Positions 9,601 to 21,133 of a stretch of 64,000 nucleotides of DNA are shown here, one piece after another. The translations under genes and the position numbers were made by a program. This DNA comes from Clostridia bacterium (lineage in GTDB: Bacteria; Bacillota; Clostridia; Oscillospirales; RGIG577), in NCBI GenBank assembly GCA_017513095.1, contig JAFWDJ010000011.1, forward strand, positions 71,297-135,296. The letters are read 5' to 3'. Below the pieces are notes generated by a model. It searched no databases and had not been told where the DNA came from. It saw only the letters and a program-made list of their open reading frames with translations. Position 1 is the stretch's first letter. Every line of letters begins with the position of its first letter.

Positions 9601-10744
9601 ATATAAGAGTCTTAATAAACGTCATAAACAACAGAAGCACTATGAGAAATCCGAAGTTGAGCGCCGAGAAAAGGCCTATGTACGCGGCCGTCTTTCCCCT
9701 GTTGCGGCTTACATATTCGCGAAACGTGATAAGGCTTGCAAGCGACGCGATGAGCGTTCCCGCGCCGCCGATGTTCACGCCCCACAAAAGCTCGGCGTAA
9801 TCATTCGTAAACTGCGAGAGCAGTATGGCCGTCGGAACGTTGCTGATCACCTGACAGGAGAGCGCGGAAAAAATCATGGCGTTCTTTTCGAGCATGAACG
9901 AGAAAAACTCCCTCACCGCGTCTATTCTCGCCATGTTTCCCGCGAAGATAAAGAAGAAAACGAACGTGAACAGCAGCCCGTAATCAACGTCCGAGAGCGC
10001 CTTTCTGTCAAGAAACATCAGCGCCGCAACGATGATTATAAGCCCCAAAAGATATGGTATGCCGCGAAATACGATGAGAATGGCAAGCGCGAACAGCGCA
10101 AGATACGCGGCCGCGCGGCGGCGGTCGAATTTCATGTCCCCGCTCTTTATCGTAAACTTCTCGGGCTTTATGAATATAACGCAGCAGAGCGTAATAAGTA
10201 TTATCGAGGCCAAAAACGGCGGCGCCATGATGCGCATGAATTCGAGGCTGTCTATATTATACTTTGTGTATATGTAGAGGTTCTGCGGATTGCCGAACGG
10301 CGTAAGCATTCCGCCCAAGTTGGCGGCAATGTTCTGCATGATGAACGTAAACGCCATATACTTATTCCCGCCCGTCGCCTCAAGCACGAAGTAGCCGAGC
10401 GGCAGAAACGTGATAAGCGCCATGTCGTTCGCGATGAGCATTGAGCCAATAAGTGTTATATATACGAGCGCAAGTATGCACAGGCGCGCGTTCTTGAAGC
10501 GGCGCACGAGTCTCAGCGCGAGTATATAAAAGAAGTTTATATTGCGAAGCGCGCAGACCACCGCAAGGACGCAGAAAAGGCACGTAAGCGTCTTATAATC
10601 GAAGTAGCCCGCGTAAGCCGCGTCGGGCGGCACGATAACGCTCGTTATAACAGCCGCCGCAAGCGCGATAAACATTACGGCGTTCTTTTTTATAAAGGCG
10701 AGGCCCCTGCCCCGGGTATGCGCTGCGATTATTTCACCGTACAT
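9599..10744 (-). CDS. SLC13/ArsB-NhaD (CitM-like) anion permease
   Basis: AANLGGMLTPFGNPQNL, SNVP and NIGGAGTLIASLA motifs; start codon uncertain. Confidence 0.8.
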   Translation of the reverse strand: MYGEIIAAHTRGRGLAFIKKNAVMFIALAAAVITSVIVPPDAAYAGYFDYKTLTCLFCVLAVVCALRNINFFYILALRLVRRFKNARLCILALVYITLIGSMLIANDMALITFLPLGYFVLEATGGNKYMAFTFIMQNIAANLGGMLTPFGNPQNLYIYTKYNIDSLEFMRIMAPPFLASIILITLCCVIFIKPEKFTIKSGDMKFDRRRAAAYLALFALAILIVFRGIPYLLGLIIIVAALMFLDRKALSDVDYGLLFTFVFFFIFAGNMARIDAVREFFSFMLEKNAMIFSALSCQVISNVPTAILLSQFTNDYAELLWGVNIGGAGTLIASLASLITFREYVSRNRGKTAAYIGLFSALNFGFLIVLLLFMTFIKTLI

Positions 10745-10863
10745 CAAAAAAGCTTCCCCTATGCGTTCTTTGAATATGACCTTTCGGCACAATTTTATAT
10801 TGTACTCCCGCAAATGACTCTTTGCAAGATTTTTTTCGTAAAAAGTCAGCCGCAAAAATCACA

Positions 10864-10900
10864 AAAAAGCCTCCGAAAACGTCGTTTCGGAGGCTTTTTT
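10864..10900. terminator. Terminator after the pur operon
   Basis: AAAAAAGCCTCCGAAA...TTTCGGAGGCTTTTTT. Confidence 0.8.
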
Positions 10901-10921
10901 ATAAAATCTTAGTAAAAATAT

Positions 10922-12181
10922 TTACTTAACGCCTATATCGTGTCTGAAATGCTTGTTTTTAAAGTCGATAAGCTTAACTCCGTCGTACGCGCGCTTTATC
11001 GCGTCGTCAAGGTCACTGCCCTTGGCTGTCACGCCCAGCACGCGGCCGCCCTTCGTATAGAATCTGCCGCCCTCGGCACGCGTTCCGGCGTGGTATACCA
11101 CGATGCCGCGGGACTCGGCGTCCTCTATGCCGCTTATCTCAAAGCCCGTCTCGTATTTTCCGGGGTATCCGCCCGACGCCATGACTATGCATACGCACGC
11201 GCCGTCGTCCCACTCGATTTTCTGCCGGTCGAGCGTGCCGTCGATGCAGGCGTTCATTATATCGAGAAGGTCGGTCTTAAGCCTCGGCAGCACCACCTGC
11301 GTTTCGGGGTCTCCGAAGCGCGCGTTGTACTCTACGACCTTCGGGCCGTCGGGCGTTATCATAAGCCCGAAGTAGAGCACGCCGCGAAATTCCCTGCCCT
11401 CACTCGCCATTGCCGCAACGGTGGGCTTAAAGATATGCTCCATGCAGTAATCGGCGATCTCGGGCGTATATATGCGGCTCGGCGAGAACGTGCCCATGCC
11501 GCCCGTATTGGGGCCCTCGTCGTGGTCGAAGGCGCGCTTGTGGTCCTGCGCCGATACCATCGGCACGACGGTCTTTCCGTCGCAGAACGAGAGCACCGAA
11601 ACCTCGGGGCCGGTCATGAACTCCTCTATAACGACTCTCGCGCCCGACTCGCCGAAAATCTTGTCCTCCATTATCGTATGAACGGCCGCCTCGGCCTCCT
11701 TTAAGTCCTTGGCGATAATTACGCCCTTGCCTAAAGCGAGGCCGTCCGCCTTTATGACGGCGGGGAATTTGTTCTGCGTCTTTATGTACGAAAGCGCACC
11801 CGCGGGGTCCGTAAATACTTCATATCCCGCCGTGGGGATACCATACTTCTTCATAAGCTCCTTTGAAAAGACCTTCGAGCCCTCTATTATCGCCGCGTTC
11901 GCGCGCGGGCCGAACGCCCTTATCCCCTCCTTTTCCATGGCGTCAACCATGCCCAAAACGAGCGGATCGTCGGGAGTTACAACGACCAGGTCAATATTCT
12001 TCTCCTTCGCGAAGGCGACTGCCGACTTTATGTCCGTGGCCTTAAAGTCCGCGCATTCGGCAAGCTTCGATATGCCGCCGTTTCCCGGCGCGCAGTATAT
12101 CTTTTCGGCCTTCGGCGACTGTGAAAGCTTCGCGATAACGGCGTGCTCTCTGCCGCCGCCGCCGATAACGAGTATCTTCAT
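10922..12181 (-). CDS. purD: Phosphoribosylamine-glycine ligase
   Basis: GGGGREHA, KADGLALGKGV and EYNARFGDPE motifs. Confidence 0.97.
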   Translation of the reverse strand: MKILVIGGGGREHAVIAKLSQSPKAEKIYCAPGNGGISKLAECADFKATDIKSAVAFAKEKNIDLVVVTPDDPLVLGMVDAMEKEGIRAFGPRANAAIIEGSKVFSKELMKKYGIPTAGYEVFTDPAGALSYIKTQNKFPAVIKADGLALGKGVIIAKDLKEAEAAVHTIMEDKIFGESGARVVIEEFMTGPEVSVLSFCDGKTVVPMVSAQDHKRAFDHDEGPNTGGMGTFSPSRIYTPEIADYCMEHIFKPTVAAMASEGREFRGVLYFGLMITPDGPKVVEYNARFGDPETQVVLPRLKTDLLDIMNACIDGTLDRQKIEWDDGACVCIVMASGGYPGKYETGFEISGIEDAESRGIVVYHAGTRAEGGRFYTKGGRVLGVTAKGSDLDDAIKRAYDGVKLIDFKNKHFRHDIGVK

Positions 12182-12197
12182 GTTCTTTCCTCCGCTT

Positions 12198-13742
12198 TTA
12201 ATGCTTGAAATGGCGCATTCCCGTGAATACCATCGGGATGCCGTATTCGTCGCACTTCTTTATCGAATCGTTGTCGCGTATCGAGCCGCCGGGCTGGATT
12301 ATCGCCGCAACGCCCGCCTTGTGAGCCGCTTCCACGCAGTCGTCGAACGGGAAGAAGGCGTCGGACGCCATAACGGAGCCCTTTGCGTTCTCGCCCGCGT
12401 AGTCGATGGCTATGCCCAAAGACGTTATGCGGTTCGTCTGACCCGGGCCCACGCCCGCGCTTCTTTTGCCCTTTACGAGCACAATGGCGTTCGACTTCGT
12501 GTGCTTTACTATCTTCATTGCGAACTTCATCTGCGAAAGCTGCTCCGCCGTGGGCTGCGCCTTAGTTACGACTTTAAGGTCATCGTCGTTGTAGATTTCG
12601 GTGTCGGCGCTCTGAATGAGTAAGCCGCCGCTTACCTTCTTCGTTTCAAGCGTGCCGGGAGCCGTCTTATCAGTAATAGCGGGAAGCGACATAATGCGAA
12701 GGTTCTTCTTCGCAGTGAGTATGTCCATTGCCTCTTTCGTATACGACGGGGCTATGATTATTTCAAGGAATATCTTTGCCGCCTCGGCCGCCGTTTCGGC
12801 GTCCACCTCACGGTTTAGGGCAAGTATGCCGCCGAAAATCGAAACGGGGTCGGCCTCGTATGCGTTCTTATACGCCTCGGCTATGGTATCTCCGAGTCCC
12901 ACGCCGCAGGGATTTGCGTGCTTTACGGCAACGGCGCACGGCTCTGAAAATTCCTTCACGAGCTCGACCGCCGCGGAAGCGTCGCTTATGTTGTTGTACG
13001 AAAGCTCCTTGCCGTGATGCTGCACTGCCGCCGCGATGGAATTTTTCGGGAAGCCCACTTCCTTATAGAAGGCCGCCTTCTGATGCGGATTCTCGCCGTA
13101 GCGCATCTCTTGCGCCTTTTCGTAAGTAAGCGTCAGAAGCTCGGGGAAGCTTTCGTCGCCGAGCTGCTTCTTTAAGTAATTCGAAATAAGCGTGTCGTAA
13201 TGGCTCGTATGCTCGAACACCTTCGCCGCGAGATACCGCTTCGTTTCAAGCGAGACTTCACCGTTTTCGCGAAGCTGCGAAAGCACCGTATCATAGTCGC
13301 GCGCGTCTACCAGCACGGCAACGTCCTGCCAGTTCTTCGCGGCCGCTCTTATCATCGTGGGGCCGCCTATGTCGATATTCTCAATGGCCTCCTCAAATGT
13401 CGTGCCCTCCTTCAATATCGTGGCCTTGAACGGATAAAGATTTATAACGACTATATCTATCGTATTTATGCCGAGCTCTTCTATTTGACGCATATGCTCG
13501 GGATTCTTTCTCATTGCCAAAATGCCCGCGCTTATGTTGGGGTGCATCGTCTTTACGCGTCCGTCGAGGCATTCGGGGAAGCCCGTAACGTCGCTTATGC
13601 CCACAACGGGCACGCCCGCCGCTTCGATGACCTTATGGGTGCCGCCCGTGGAAACTATCTCATAGCCGAGCTCATAAAGCCCCTTCGCGAAGTCCGCCAC
13701 GCCTGTTTTGTCCGATACGCTGATTATCGCACGCTTTTTCAT
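12198..13742 (-). CDS. purH: Bifunctional AICAR transformylase/IMP cyclohydrolase
   Basis: [27 protein letters not shown] and MRHFKH motifs. Confidence 0.97.
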   Translation of the reverse strand: MKKRAIISVSDKTGVADFAKGLYELGYEIVSTGGTHKVIEAAGVPVVGISDVTGFPECLDGRVKTMHPNISAGILAMRKNPEHMRQIEELGINTIDIVVINLYPFKATILKEGTTFEEAIENIDIGGPTMIRAAAKNWQDVAVLVDARDYDTVLSQLRENGEVSLETKRYLAAKVFEHTSHYDTLISNYLKKQLGDESFPELLTLTYEKAQEMRYGENPHQKAAFYKEVGFPKNSIAAAVQHHGKELSYNNISDASAAVELVKEFSEPCAVAVKHANPCGVGLGDTIAEAYKNAYEADPVSIFGGILALNREVDAETAAEAAKIFLEIIIAPSYTKEAMDILTAKKNLRIMSLPAITDKTAPGTLETKKVSGGLLIQSADTEIYNDDDLKVVTKAQPTAEQLSQMKFAMKIVKHTKSNAIVLVKGKRSAGVGPGQTNRITSLGIAIDYAGENAKGSVMASDAFFPFDDCVEAAHKAGVAAIIQPGGSIRDNDSIKKCDEYGIPMVFTGMRHFKH

Positions 13743-14384
13743 CTATCCTTCCTCCTCTGTTATCGTTATACGTCTGCCCTCTGTCTTGATCCTGCCGCTG
13801 CAAAAGAGATCCACGGCGCGGGGAAGCAGTATCCATTCGGCCTCTTCCATCACTCGCCGCTGGAGCGTTTCGGGCGTGTCGCCCTCCTTTACCTCGACGG
13901 CCTTCTGGAGTATCACGGCGCCGCCGTCGGTCACCTCGTTTACGAAATGCACCGTCGCGCCCGTCACCTTAACGCCGTACGCGAGCGCCGCCTCGTGGAC
14001 TTTAAGTCCGTAGAAGCCGTCGCCGCAGAACGAGGGTATGAGCGACGGATGGACGTTTATCATCCTGTTTTCGTAAAGCCCAATGACGCGCGGCGTGATT
14101 ATCCTAAGATACCCCGCGAGGACCACAAGGTCGATATTATGTTCTTTAAGTATCGAAAGCAGCCTTTCGTCACATTCCTCGTCCGTCTTATACTCCGAAC
14201 GCGCTATGACCTCGGCGGGAATGCCGTGTTTTTTCGCGCGCTCAAGCGCGTACGCCTTCTTCGACGTGGACACGACAACGGCTATCTCGCCGTTTTTTAT
14301 GGCGCCGCTCTCGGCGGCGTCTATTATCTTCTGAAGATTGGTGCCGCCGCCCGATACGAGCACGGCAATTTTCTTTTTTCTCAT
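13743..14384 (-). CDS. purN: Phosphoribosylglycinamide formyltransferase
   Basis: SGGGTNLQ, NVHPSL and GATVHFV motifs. Confidence 0.96.
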   Translation of the reverse strand: MRKKKIAVLVSGGGTNLQKIIDAAESGAIKNGEIAVVVSTSKKAYALERAKKHGIPAEVIARSEYKTDEECDERLLSILKEHNIDLVVLAGYLRIITPRVIGLYENRMINVHPSLIPSFCGDGFYGLKVHEAALAYGVKVTGATVHFVNEVTDGGAVILQKAVEVKEGDTPETLQRRVMEEAEWILLPRAVDLFCSGRIKTEGRRITITEEEG

Positions 14385-14395
14385 ACGTTCCTCTT

Positions 14396-15436
14396 TCAGA
14401 TGATCTCTATCTTATCCTCGCCCGATACGATACTGCCGATAATATAAGGCGTCTCGCCCGCCGCTTCAAGCGTTTTTACGGCCTTTTCGCATTCGTCCGC
14501 GGCAACGGCTGCCACCATGCCTATGCCCATGTTGAAGGTATTGAACATATCGCGCTCGGGGATGTTGCCCTCGCGCTTAATAATATCGAATATCGGAAGC
14601 ACGGGCACCTTCGCCTTTTCGATGCGCGCACAGAGGCCGTCCTTGATCATTCGCGGGATGTTCTCGTAAAAGCCGCCGCCCGTAACGTGGCATACGGATT
14701 TTACCTTTACCTCGTTCATAAGCGCGAGTATGGGCTTTACGTATATCCTTGTGGGAGCGAGAAGCACCTCGCCCAGGGTCTTTCCCTCATACTCGGGAAG
14801 GGGCCTCTTTAAGCCCGCCTCGGTCATGTCGAACACCTTTCTTACGAGCGAGTATCCGTTTGAGTGAACGCCCGACGACGCAAGGCCGATGAGCACGTCG
14901 CCCGCCTCCTGAGACGAGCTGTCGATAATGCGCTCCTTTTCTACCGCGCCCACGGAGAAGCCCGCGATATCGTATTCGTCCTCGCTGTAAAAGCCCGGCA
15001 TCTCGGCCGTTTCGCCGCCGATGAGCGCGCATCCTGCCATAACGCAGCCGTCGGCCACGCCGGAAACAATCTTTTCAATCTTTTCGGGCACGTTCTTGCC
15101 CACCGCTATGTAATCGAGGAATATAAGCGGCTTTGCGCCCGAGCAAACTATGTCGTTTACGCACATTGCCACGCAGTCTATGCCTATGGTGTCGTGCTTG
15201 TCCATTATAAAGGCAAGCTTTAACTTCGTGCCGACGCCGTCGGTGCCCGATACGAGCACGGGATGCTTAAATTCATTAGTGTCGATCTCAAAAAGGCCGC
15301 CGAATCCGCCTATCGCGGACAGTACGCCGTTTATATGCGTCTTTGCGACGTGCTTTTTTATAAGCTCGACGGATTTATATCCGGCTACGACGTCAACGCC
15401 CGCAGCCTTGTAGCTTTCGGAAAAACTTTTACTCAA
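14396..15436 (-). CDS. purM: Phosphoribosylformylglycinamidine cyclo-ligase (AIR synthetase)
   Basis: [22 protein letters not shown] and HSNGYSL motifs; probable TTG start at 15436 after GGAGG. Confidence 0.96.
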   Translation of the reverse strand: MSKSFSESYKAAGVDVVAGYKSVELIKKHVAKTHINGVLSAIGGFGGLFEIDTNEFKHPVLVSGTDGVGTKLKLAFIMDKHDTIGIDCVAMCVNDIVCSGAKPLIFLDYIAVGKNVPEKIEKIVSGVADGCVMAGCALIGGETAEMPGFYSEDEYDIAGFSVGAVEKERIIDSSSQEAGDVLIGLASSGVHSNGYSLVRKVFDMTEAGLKRPLPEYEGKTLGEVLLAPTRIYVKPILALMNEVKVKSVCHVTGGGFYENIPRMIKDGLCARIEKAKVPVLPIFDIIKREGNIPERDMFNTFNMGIGMVAAVAADECEKAVKTLEAAGETPYIIGSIVSGEDKIEII

Positions 15437-15525
15437 TAGAAGCGCCTCCCAACTTTTACGGTATTTTAAAATCAATTATAAAAGCAAACCAAGGGGCGGC
15501 GCGTGCCGTCCCTTAATCTCTTTCG

Positions 15526-16242
15526 TTATTTATCTCCCATAAGGCGCTTTAATATCTCCTGATATGCGCCCTCTACGTTGCCTAAGTCCTGTCTGAATCT
15601 GTCCTTGTCGAGCTTTTCGTGCGTTACGCTGTCCCAGAAGCGGCACGTGTCGGGCGATATCTCGTCCGCAAGCACTATTTTGCCGTCGGGCAGCTTTCCG
15701 AACTCGAGCTTGAAGTCGATAAGCTCGATATTTGACTTCTTTAAGTACGCGGAAAGTATGTCGTTTATGCGAAACGCGTAAACGGATATGCAGTGAAGCT
15801 CGTCCTTCGACGCCGCGTTTATCGCCGCGATGTGATACTCGTTTACCATGGGGTCTCCGAGCGCGTCGTCCTTATAGCAGTATTCCAAAACGGTGGAGGA
15901 AAGCTTCGTGCCCTCGGGAAGGCCGAGCCTCTTTGAAAGACTGCCCGAAGCTATATTTCTTACTATTACCTCAAGCGGCACTATCGACACCTTTTTTACC
16001 ACCGTCTCGCGGTCGTTTATTTCCTCAACGAAATGCGTCGGTATGCCGTTTTCCTCAAGCATCTTCATCAGATGATTTGTTACGCGGTTGTTTACGATGC
16101 CCTTGTCCTGGATCGTGCCCTTTTTAAGTCCGTTGAACGCGGTCGCGTCGTCCTTATAGGATACAATAGCGTAATCGGGATTTTCCGCGCAGTCGTAAAC
16201 GCACTTTGCCTTGCCTTCGTATAACATCTTGCCCTTTGTCAT
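15526..16242 (-). CDS. purC: SAICAR synthetase
   Basis: YEGKAK, DFKLEFG and [14 protein letters not shown] motifs. Confidence 0.97.
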   Translation of the reverse strand: MTKGKMLYEGKAKCVYDCAENPDYAIVSYKDDATAFNGLKKGTIQDKGIVNNRVTNHLMKMLEENGIPTHFVEEINDRETVVKKVSIVPLEVIVRNIASGSLSKRLGLPEGTKLSSTVLEYCYKDDALGDPMVNEYHIAAINAASKDELHCISVYAFRINDILSAYLKKSNIELIDFKLEFGKLPDGKIVLADEISPDTCRFWDSVTHEKLDKDRFRQDLGNVEGAYQEILKRLMGDK

Positions 16243-16739
16243 AGCTCTTCAACCACCCTTTTCATAATTGTTTTATCTTTATTTATCACTTCTTGTTTCA
16301 TTTCCTCTTTGTACGCCTCAAGCTTTGCCATAAGCGCCTCGTCCGAAAGCGCAAGCATCTGCACCGCGAGAAGCGCCGCATTCTCCGCGCCGTCGATGGC
16401 AACGGTCGCGACAGGCACGCCCTTTGGCATCTGCACTATCGAAAGAAGCGAGTCGAGCCCGTCCAAAGTCGACGACTTTATCGGAAGCCCGATAACGGGA
16501 AGCGGCGTATACGCCGCAATAACGCCTCCGAGATGCGCCGCCTTGCCCGCCGCCGCGATTATTACGCCTACGCCGTCGTCCTTCGCGGAAACGGCAAGCT
16601 CCTTTGCCTCCTCGGGCGTTCTGTGCGCCGAGATTACGCGCACAACATAGGGCACTTCAAACCTTTTTAAGATATTTACCGACTTTTTTACAACGGGCAG
16701 GTCGCTGTCGCTGCCCATAACTATCGTCACGGTCTTCAT
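16239..16739 (-). CDS. purE: N5-CAIR mutase / AIR carboxylase
   Basis: MGSDSD, SAHRTP and [11 protein letters not shown] motifs. Confidence 0.97.
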   Translation of the reverse strand: MKTVTIVMGSDSDLPVVKKSVNILKRFEVPYVVRVISAHRTPEEAKELAVSAKDDGVGVIIAAAGKAAHLGGVIAAYTPLPVIGLPIKSSTLDGLDSLLSIVQMPKGVPVATVAIDGAENAALLAVQMLALSDEALMAKLEAYKEEMKQEVINKDKTIMKRVVEEL

Positions 16740-16775
16740 TCATATCCCCCCAAAGCACAAAATCTTTCGTCTCTC

Positions 16776-18530
16776 CTACAATACGGTCGCAACGCCCTGA
16801 TAAACAAGGCCCTTGTCGCCGTCTATGGTCACGGTCATGCCGTCCTTTAATATATCGCAAGCGCCCTTTGCGCCCGTAACAACGGGAATGTCGAGCATAA
16901 GCCCCGCGATGGCCGCGTGGGACGACATGCCCTCCTCCTCGGTTATTATCGCGCGGGCGCGCTTAAACAGCTTCAAGTATTCGTTTGAGGTGGTGGATAC
17001 GACGAGTATCTCGCCGTCCCTGAAATTCTTTTCCGCGTCCTCAAAGCTCGTGCAGACGCGCACCTCGCCGCAGGCGTTGACGTTTGATATGCCCCTGCCC
17101 TGTATGAGCACGTCGCCCACTGTCTGAACCTTTAAAATATTCGTCGTGCCGGAAATATTAAGCGGCACGCCGGCAGTGATCACGACGATGTCGCCGTCGG
17201 AAATTATGCCCTCTTTTTTTACGCAGCGCACGGACTCGTCGAAAAGCTCGTCGGTCGTATGCTTTTCGGAGATCCTGACGGCGTAAACGCCCCACGCCAG
17301 CGCAAGCTGATTTTTCACCTTTTCCGACACGGTCGTGGCTATTATGGGGCACGTCGGGCGGTATTTCGAGATGGCCGTGGCCGTAAAGCCCGACTTCGTA
17401 TGCGTTATTATCGCCTTCGCGCCGACGTCGTAAGCCGTCTGGCACGTCGCGTGGCTTATGGCGTTCGTTATGCTCTTTATCATGTTGTTGTCCTGCGCGC
17501 GGAAGCGGTTCTGATAATTTATGTCGTTTTCCGTCGTCTCGGCAATTTTTACGAGCGTGCGCACCGATTCAACGGGGTACTTGCCCACGGCAGACTCGCC
17601 CGAAAGCATTACGGCGCTCGTGCCGTCGTATACGGCGTTCGCGACGTCCGTCGCTTCGGCGCGCGTCGGGCGCGGGTTTTTCGTCATCGACTCGAGCATC
17701 TGAGTCGCGGTTATCGCAAATTTGCCCTGCGAGAGGCACTTTTTTATTATCGCCTTCTGAAGCGGCGGTATCTTCTCGAACGAAAGCTCGACTCCGAGGT
17801 CGCCGCGAGCGACCATTATGCCGTCGGAGACCTTTAATATGGCGTCCGCGTTGTCAACGCCCTCGCTGCTTTCGATCTTAGAGATTATCTTTATCGCCTT
17901 GCCGCCGTTCGAGTCGAGTATGTTTCGCACCTCTAAAACGTCGAGCGCCGTGCGCACGAACGACGCGGCGATAAAGTCGACGTCCTCCTTTATCGCGAAA
18001 AGAATGTCGCTTCTGTCCTTTTCGCTTATATACGGCATATCGAGCTTTACGCCCGGCAGGTTTACGCTCTTTCTTCCCGAAAGCGCACCGCCGTTTAATA
18101 CCTCGCACTTAATGTCCTGTCCTTCGACCGCTCTTACCGAAAGCTCGATAAGTCCGTCGTCTATGAGTATCCTGCTGCCCGCCGACACCGCCGCGGGAAG
18201 TCCCGCAAACGATACCGAAACGCGCGAGGCGTCGCCCTCGCACTCCGCTGTCGTAAGCGTGAACATATCTCCGGCGGAAAGCTCGATGCGCCCGTCCCGA
18301 AACGTGCCTATGCGTATCTCGGGGCCCTTCGTGTCAAGAAGTATCGCAAGCGGCACGTCAAGCTCGCGCCTTAGGCTTTTCGCCATGTCTATGCGCCTTT
18401 TATGCTCCTCGTGCGAGCCGTGCGAGAAATTGAGGCGCACAACGTTGACCCCTGCGAGTATCATTTCGCGAAGGACGCCCTCGTTGTCGGTCGCGGGGCC
18501 TAAGGTCGCCACTATCTTTGTTTTTCTCAT
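16776..18530 (-). CDS. pyk: Pyruvate kinase with C-terminal PEP-utiliser mobile domain
   Basis: RKTKIVATLGP, LDTKGPEIR, MVARGDLG and TQMLESM motifs; C-terminal SSHAAI. Confidence 0.97.
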   Translation of the reverse strand: MRKTKIVATLGPATDNEGVLREMILAGVNVVRLNFSHGSHEEHKRRIDMAKSLRRELDVPLAILLDTKGPEIRIGTFRDGRIELSAGDMFTLTTAECEGDASRVSVSFAGLPAAVSAGSRILIDDGLIELSVRAVEGQDIKCEVLNGGALSGRKSVNLPGVKLDMPYISEKDRSDILFAIKEDVDFIAASFVRTALDVLEVRNILDSNGGKAIKIISKIESSEGVDNADAILKVSDGIMVARGDLGVELSFEKIPPLQKAIIKKCLSQGKFAITATQMLESMTKNPRPTRAEATDVANAVYDGTSAVMLSGESAVGKYPVESVRTLVKIAETTENDINYQNRFRAQDNNMIKSITNAISHATCQTAYDVGAKAIITHTKSGFTATAISKYRPTCPIIATTVSEKVKNQLALAWGVYAVRISEKHTTDELFDESVRCVKKEGIISDGDIVVITAGVPLNISGTTNILKVQTVGDVLIQGRGISNVNACGEVRVCTSFEDAEKNFRDGEILVVSTTSNEYLKLFKRARAIITEEEGMSSHAAIAGLMLDIPVVTGAKGACDILKDGMTVTIDGDKGLVYQGVATVL

Positions 18531-18735
18531 GTTATGACCTCCTTCTTCGAGTCATATCCTTTAAACTTTCCATACACTTTTATATTATACCATTGCGGCG
18601 ATATTTTCAAGCAAAACAGCGCACCTTATTATTTTTATCTGAAATATAAAAAATCGCGGCGTTTTGCGCGCGATTTGCAACGTAATGCAAAAGACAGGCG
18701 AAATGCCTGTCCTTTGCATTATTTTATGTTTTACT

Positions 18736-20007
18736 TTACTTTACGCTGATAAATACGGTGTCGTCGCCCGCGTGGCCCGTTTCGTCCTCCCACATTATCT
18801 CGTTTGCGCTGTTGAGAACGAATCTGCCCACGCCGTTTTCGTACTGAACGGCCTCGGTGAAGTCGCCGTCCTCGTTATACGTCCGAACGACGCATCTGCC
18901 GTTTTCGTAGGATAAAACGCCGCCGTCGCCGGCTTTTGCCTTCATATCCCAGACGTAGAGCACGGCCGCGCTGTCGCTCCATTCGATATGTACGTCGTAC
19001 ATACCTGCCTCGGCGCTCTTTTCAACGTTGATCATGCCGCGTCCCGCGATTTTCTCGGCCCACGTGCCTATAAGGCTGTCGGGCGTATAGCCGAGCGCCG
19101 ACATATCCGACGCGGCTTTAAGCTCGTCATACCATTCGTTCATTATCTCCCACGGCTTCGCGGTTTCGCCCTCGGCGAGCGTCACCTCGTAATACGCCTC
19201 GTATTCGCCGTCGCCATAGACCTCGCGCACGATATTGCCCTCGGTGTCATTATGGAAGAAATCAAAGCGGGTATTCATATCGGGAAAGTCAAGCACCGTG
19301 TATTCGCCGTCGGGCGCTTCGTCGCGGTCGATGTACTCATATACCGCGTTCTTCGTAAGACGCGAAACGTATGGCGCCGCGTCGATGCCGCCCGCGGGTA
19401 TCGGGCCGTATCCGGTCGTGCTTATCGTGTAGTTTACGCCGTCCATATATGCCGCGCGGTTAAGGCATACCTCAAGCTCGGTGCTGCCGTAGCTCTCCGC
19501 GGTAAAGCCCTCGTTCCTTTCAATGAAGGTCTTCGGTACCGTGTCCGCCCATTCGCAGAGGCTGCTCCAGTCGGCTAAAGTCTCCTCGTTATACTCCTCG
19601 CGCACAACGCGCACGTCCGAAGGAAGTGCGATAAGGTAATAATTGCCCTCAGAGTCCTTTGCAAAGAAATTGTCGTTGTTTAGATTGCCGCAGAGCATCT
19701 CGTGCATTTCGGCCTCGCTTACGCGGACAATCGTAAACAGCCAGCCCGCGCCCTCAGTCGGCTCGCCAAGCTTCTGTGCCGCCTCTTTTGAGGCGATCTC
19801 CGAAACGGAGAAGAGTCTGCCAGAGCCGTCGTCGGCGGGCGTATCGACAGTTACAAGCTTGTCATACTCCAGGGGCACGAAAAGCGTGACCCCGCCGTTT
19901 TCATAAGCCGCGTCCGACGGCTTTTTCGTATTTGTGCAGGCCGCAAGCGAAAAGACAAGCGCAAGCGCCAGCACGATGCATATAACCGAAGTAAGCTTTA
20001 TTTTCAT
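18736..20007 (-). CDS. Acidic lipoprotein of unknown function (paralog of 20132-21133 with an extra C-terminal domain)
   Basis: Lipobox SLAAC; shares motifs with the neighbour; terminator hairpin at 18684-18720. Confidence 0.8.
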   Translation of the reverse strand: MKIKLTSVICIVLALALVFSLAACTNTKKPSDAAYENGGVTLFVPLEYDKLVTVDTPADDGSGRLFSVSEIASKEAAQKLGEPTEGAGWLFTIVRVSEAEMHEMLCGNLNNDNFFAKDSEGNYYLIALPSDVRVVREEYNEETLADWSSLCEWADTVPKTFIERNEGFTAESYGSTELEVCLNRAAYMDGVNYTISTTGYGPIPAGGIDAAPYVSRLTKNAVYEYIDRDEAPDGEYTVLDFPDMNTRFDFFHNDTEGNIVREVYGDGEYEAYYEVTLAEGETAKPWEIMNEWYDELKAASDMSALGYTPDSLIGTWAEKIAGRGMINVEKSAEAGMYDVHIEWSDSAAVLYVWDMKAKAGDGGVLSYENGRCVVRTYNEDGDFTEAVQYENGVGRFVLNSANEIMWEDETGHAGDDTVFISVK

Positions 20008-20131
20008 GTTTATCAACCCCCCGTACGGTTTTTGATATGTTTTGCCCGTGCAAAATGAGCGCGGGCGCAGTTTTTAAGCTAAAAGGGCGGTGTATCCATC
20101 CGCCCTTTTTACCTTTTTGATTATTCGCGTA

Positions 20132-21133
20132 TTATTCAGCAGCTGCTTCAACAGCGTCCGATGCGGCGTCAACTGCGCCTGCCGCGCCGTCTGCCGCTTC
20201 GTCAGCGGGCACGTTCTCGGTGCCCTGTGCGCCTGCTTCGATGAGCGCGTGATACCACTCGTTCATAACCTCGGCAGCGTTAGTTTCGCCGTCCGCGAAG
20301 GCAGCCTTATAAAGCGCTTCGTTTCCGCTCCATATCTGGCGGATGTAATTTACCTTATCCTCGGCAAAGAAGAAGTCAAAGCGCATATCGTCTACCGGGA
20401 AGTAAAGCACTGCGTACTCGCCGTCGGGAGTCTCGGATATGTCGAGCATTTCAAGCGTCATGCCCTTCGTGAGGCGGTCAACGTAGGGCTGTGCTATGGC
20501 GCCGTCACCCGTCTTGGGACCGAATTCGGTGGTGCTTACGGTGTAGATCGTGCCGTCCATGTAAGCCGAGCGGTTTAAGTAGATATCAAGGTCGGTATTG
20601 CCGCGCTTCTCCTCGGTAAGGCCGATGTCCTCTTCCGTGGTGATAGATGCGGGAACGCCTGCAGCCCACTCGCACAGCGCGCTCCACTGAGCCATGTCTT
20701 CGTCAGTGATGTCGCCTTCGCGCATGATGCGCACGTCGGTGGGATGATAGTAGATGTAGCAGTTGCCCTCTGCGTCCTTTGCGAATACTTCCGCACCGGA
20801 CATATCGTAGCAGAGCATCTCGTGGAGCTTATCCTCGCTCACCGTGCCGATGGCGAAGAGCCAGCCCGCGCCTTCGGTGTCGTACTCGGAAGCTGCCGCA
20901 GCTTCAACGGAAGCGTTCTCGGATACACTAAAGAGTATGCCGTCCTCGCTTGCCTCGGGCATATCTACCGTCACAAGCTCGTCGTAATCGCCCGGCACGG
21001 TCAATATTATGCCGTTGTTCGTGTACGTTACGTCGGGCTTTTTCTGGTTGCTCTGGCAGGCAGCGAGCGAAAGTGCCATGACCGCCGCCAGCGCGATGCA
21101 GAGAAGCGATTTTTTCGTGATCTTCATTTTCAT
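20132..21133 (-). CDS. Acidic lipoprotein of unknown function
   Basis: Lipobox SLAAC, AGGAG RBS, upstream TTGCAT-N17-TATAAT promoter, Ala/Asp-rich tail. Confidence 0.8.
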   Translation of the reverse strand: MKMKITKKSLLCIALAAVMALSLAACQSNQKKPDVTYTNNGIILTVPGDYDELVTVDMPEASEDGILFSVSENASVEAAAASEYDTEGAGWLFAIGTVSEDKLHEMLCYDMSGAEVFAKDAEGNCYIYYHPTDVRIMREGDITDEDMAQWSALCEWAAGVPASITTEEDIGLTEEKRGNTDLDIYLNRSAYMDGTIYTVSTTEFGPKTGDGAIAQPYVDRLTKGMTLEMLDISETPDGEYAVLYFPVDDMRFDFFFAEDKVNYIRQIWSGNEALYKAAFADGETNAAEVMNEWYHALIEAGAQGTENVPADEAADGAAGAVDAASDAVEAAAE

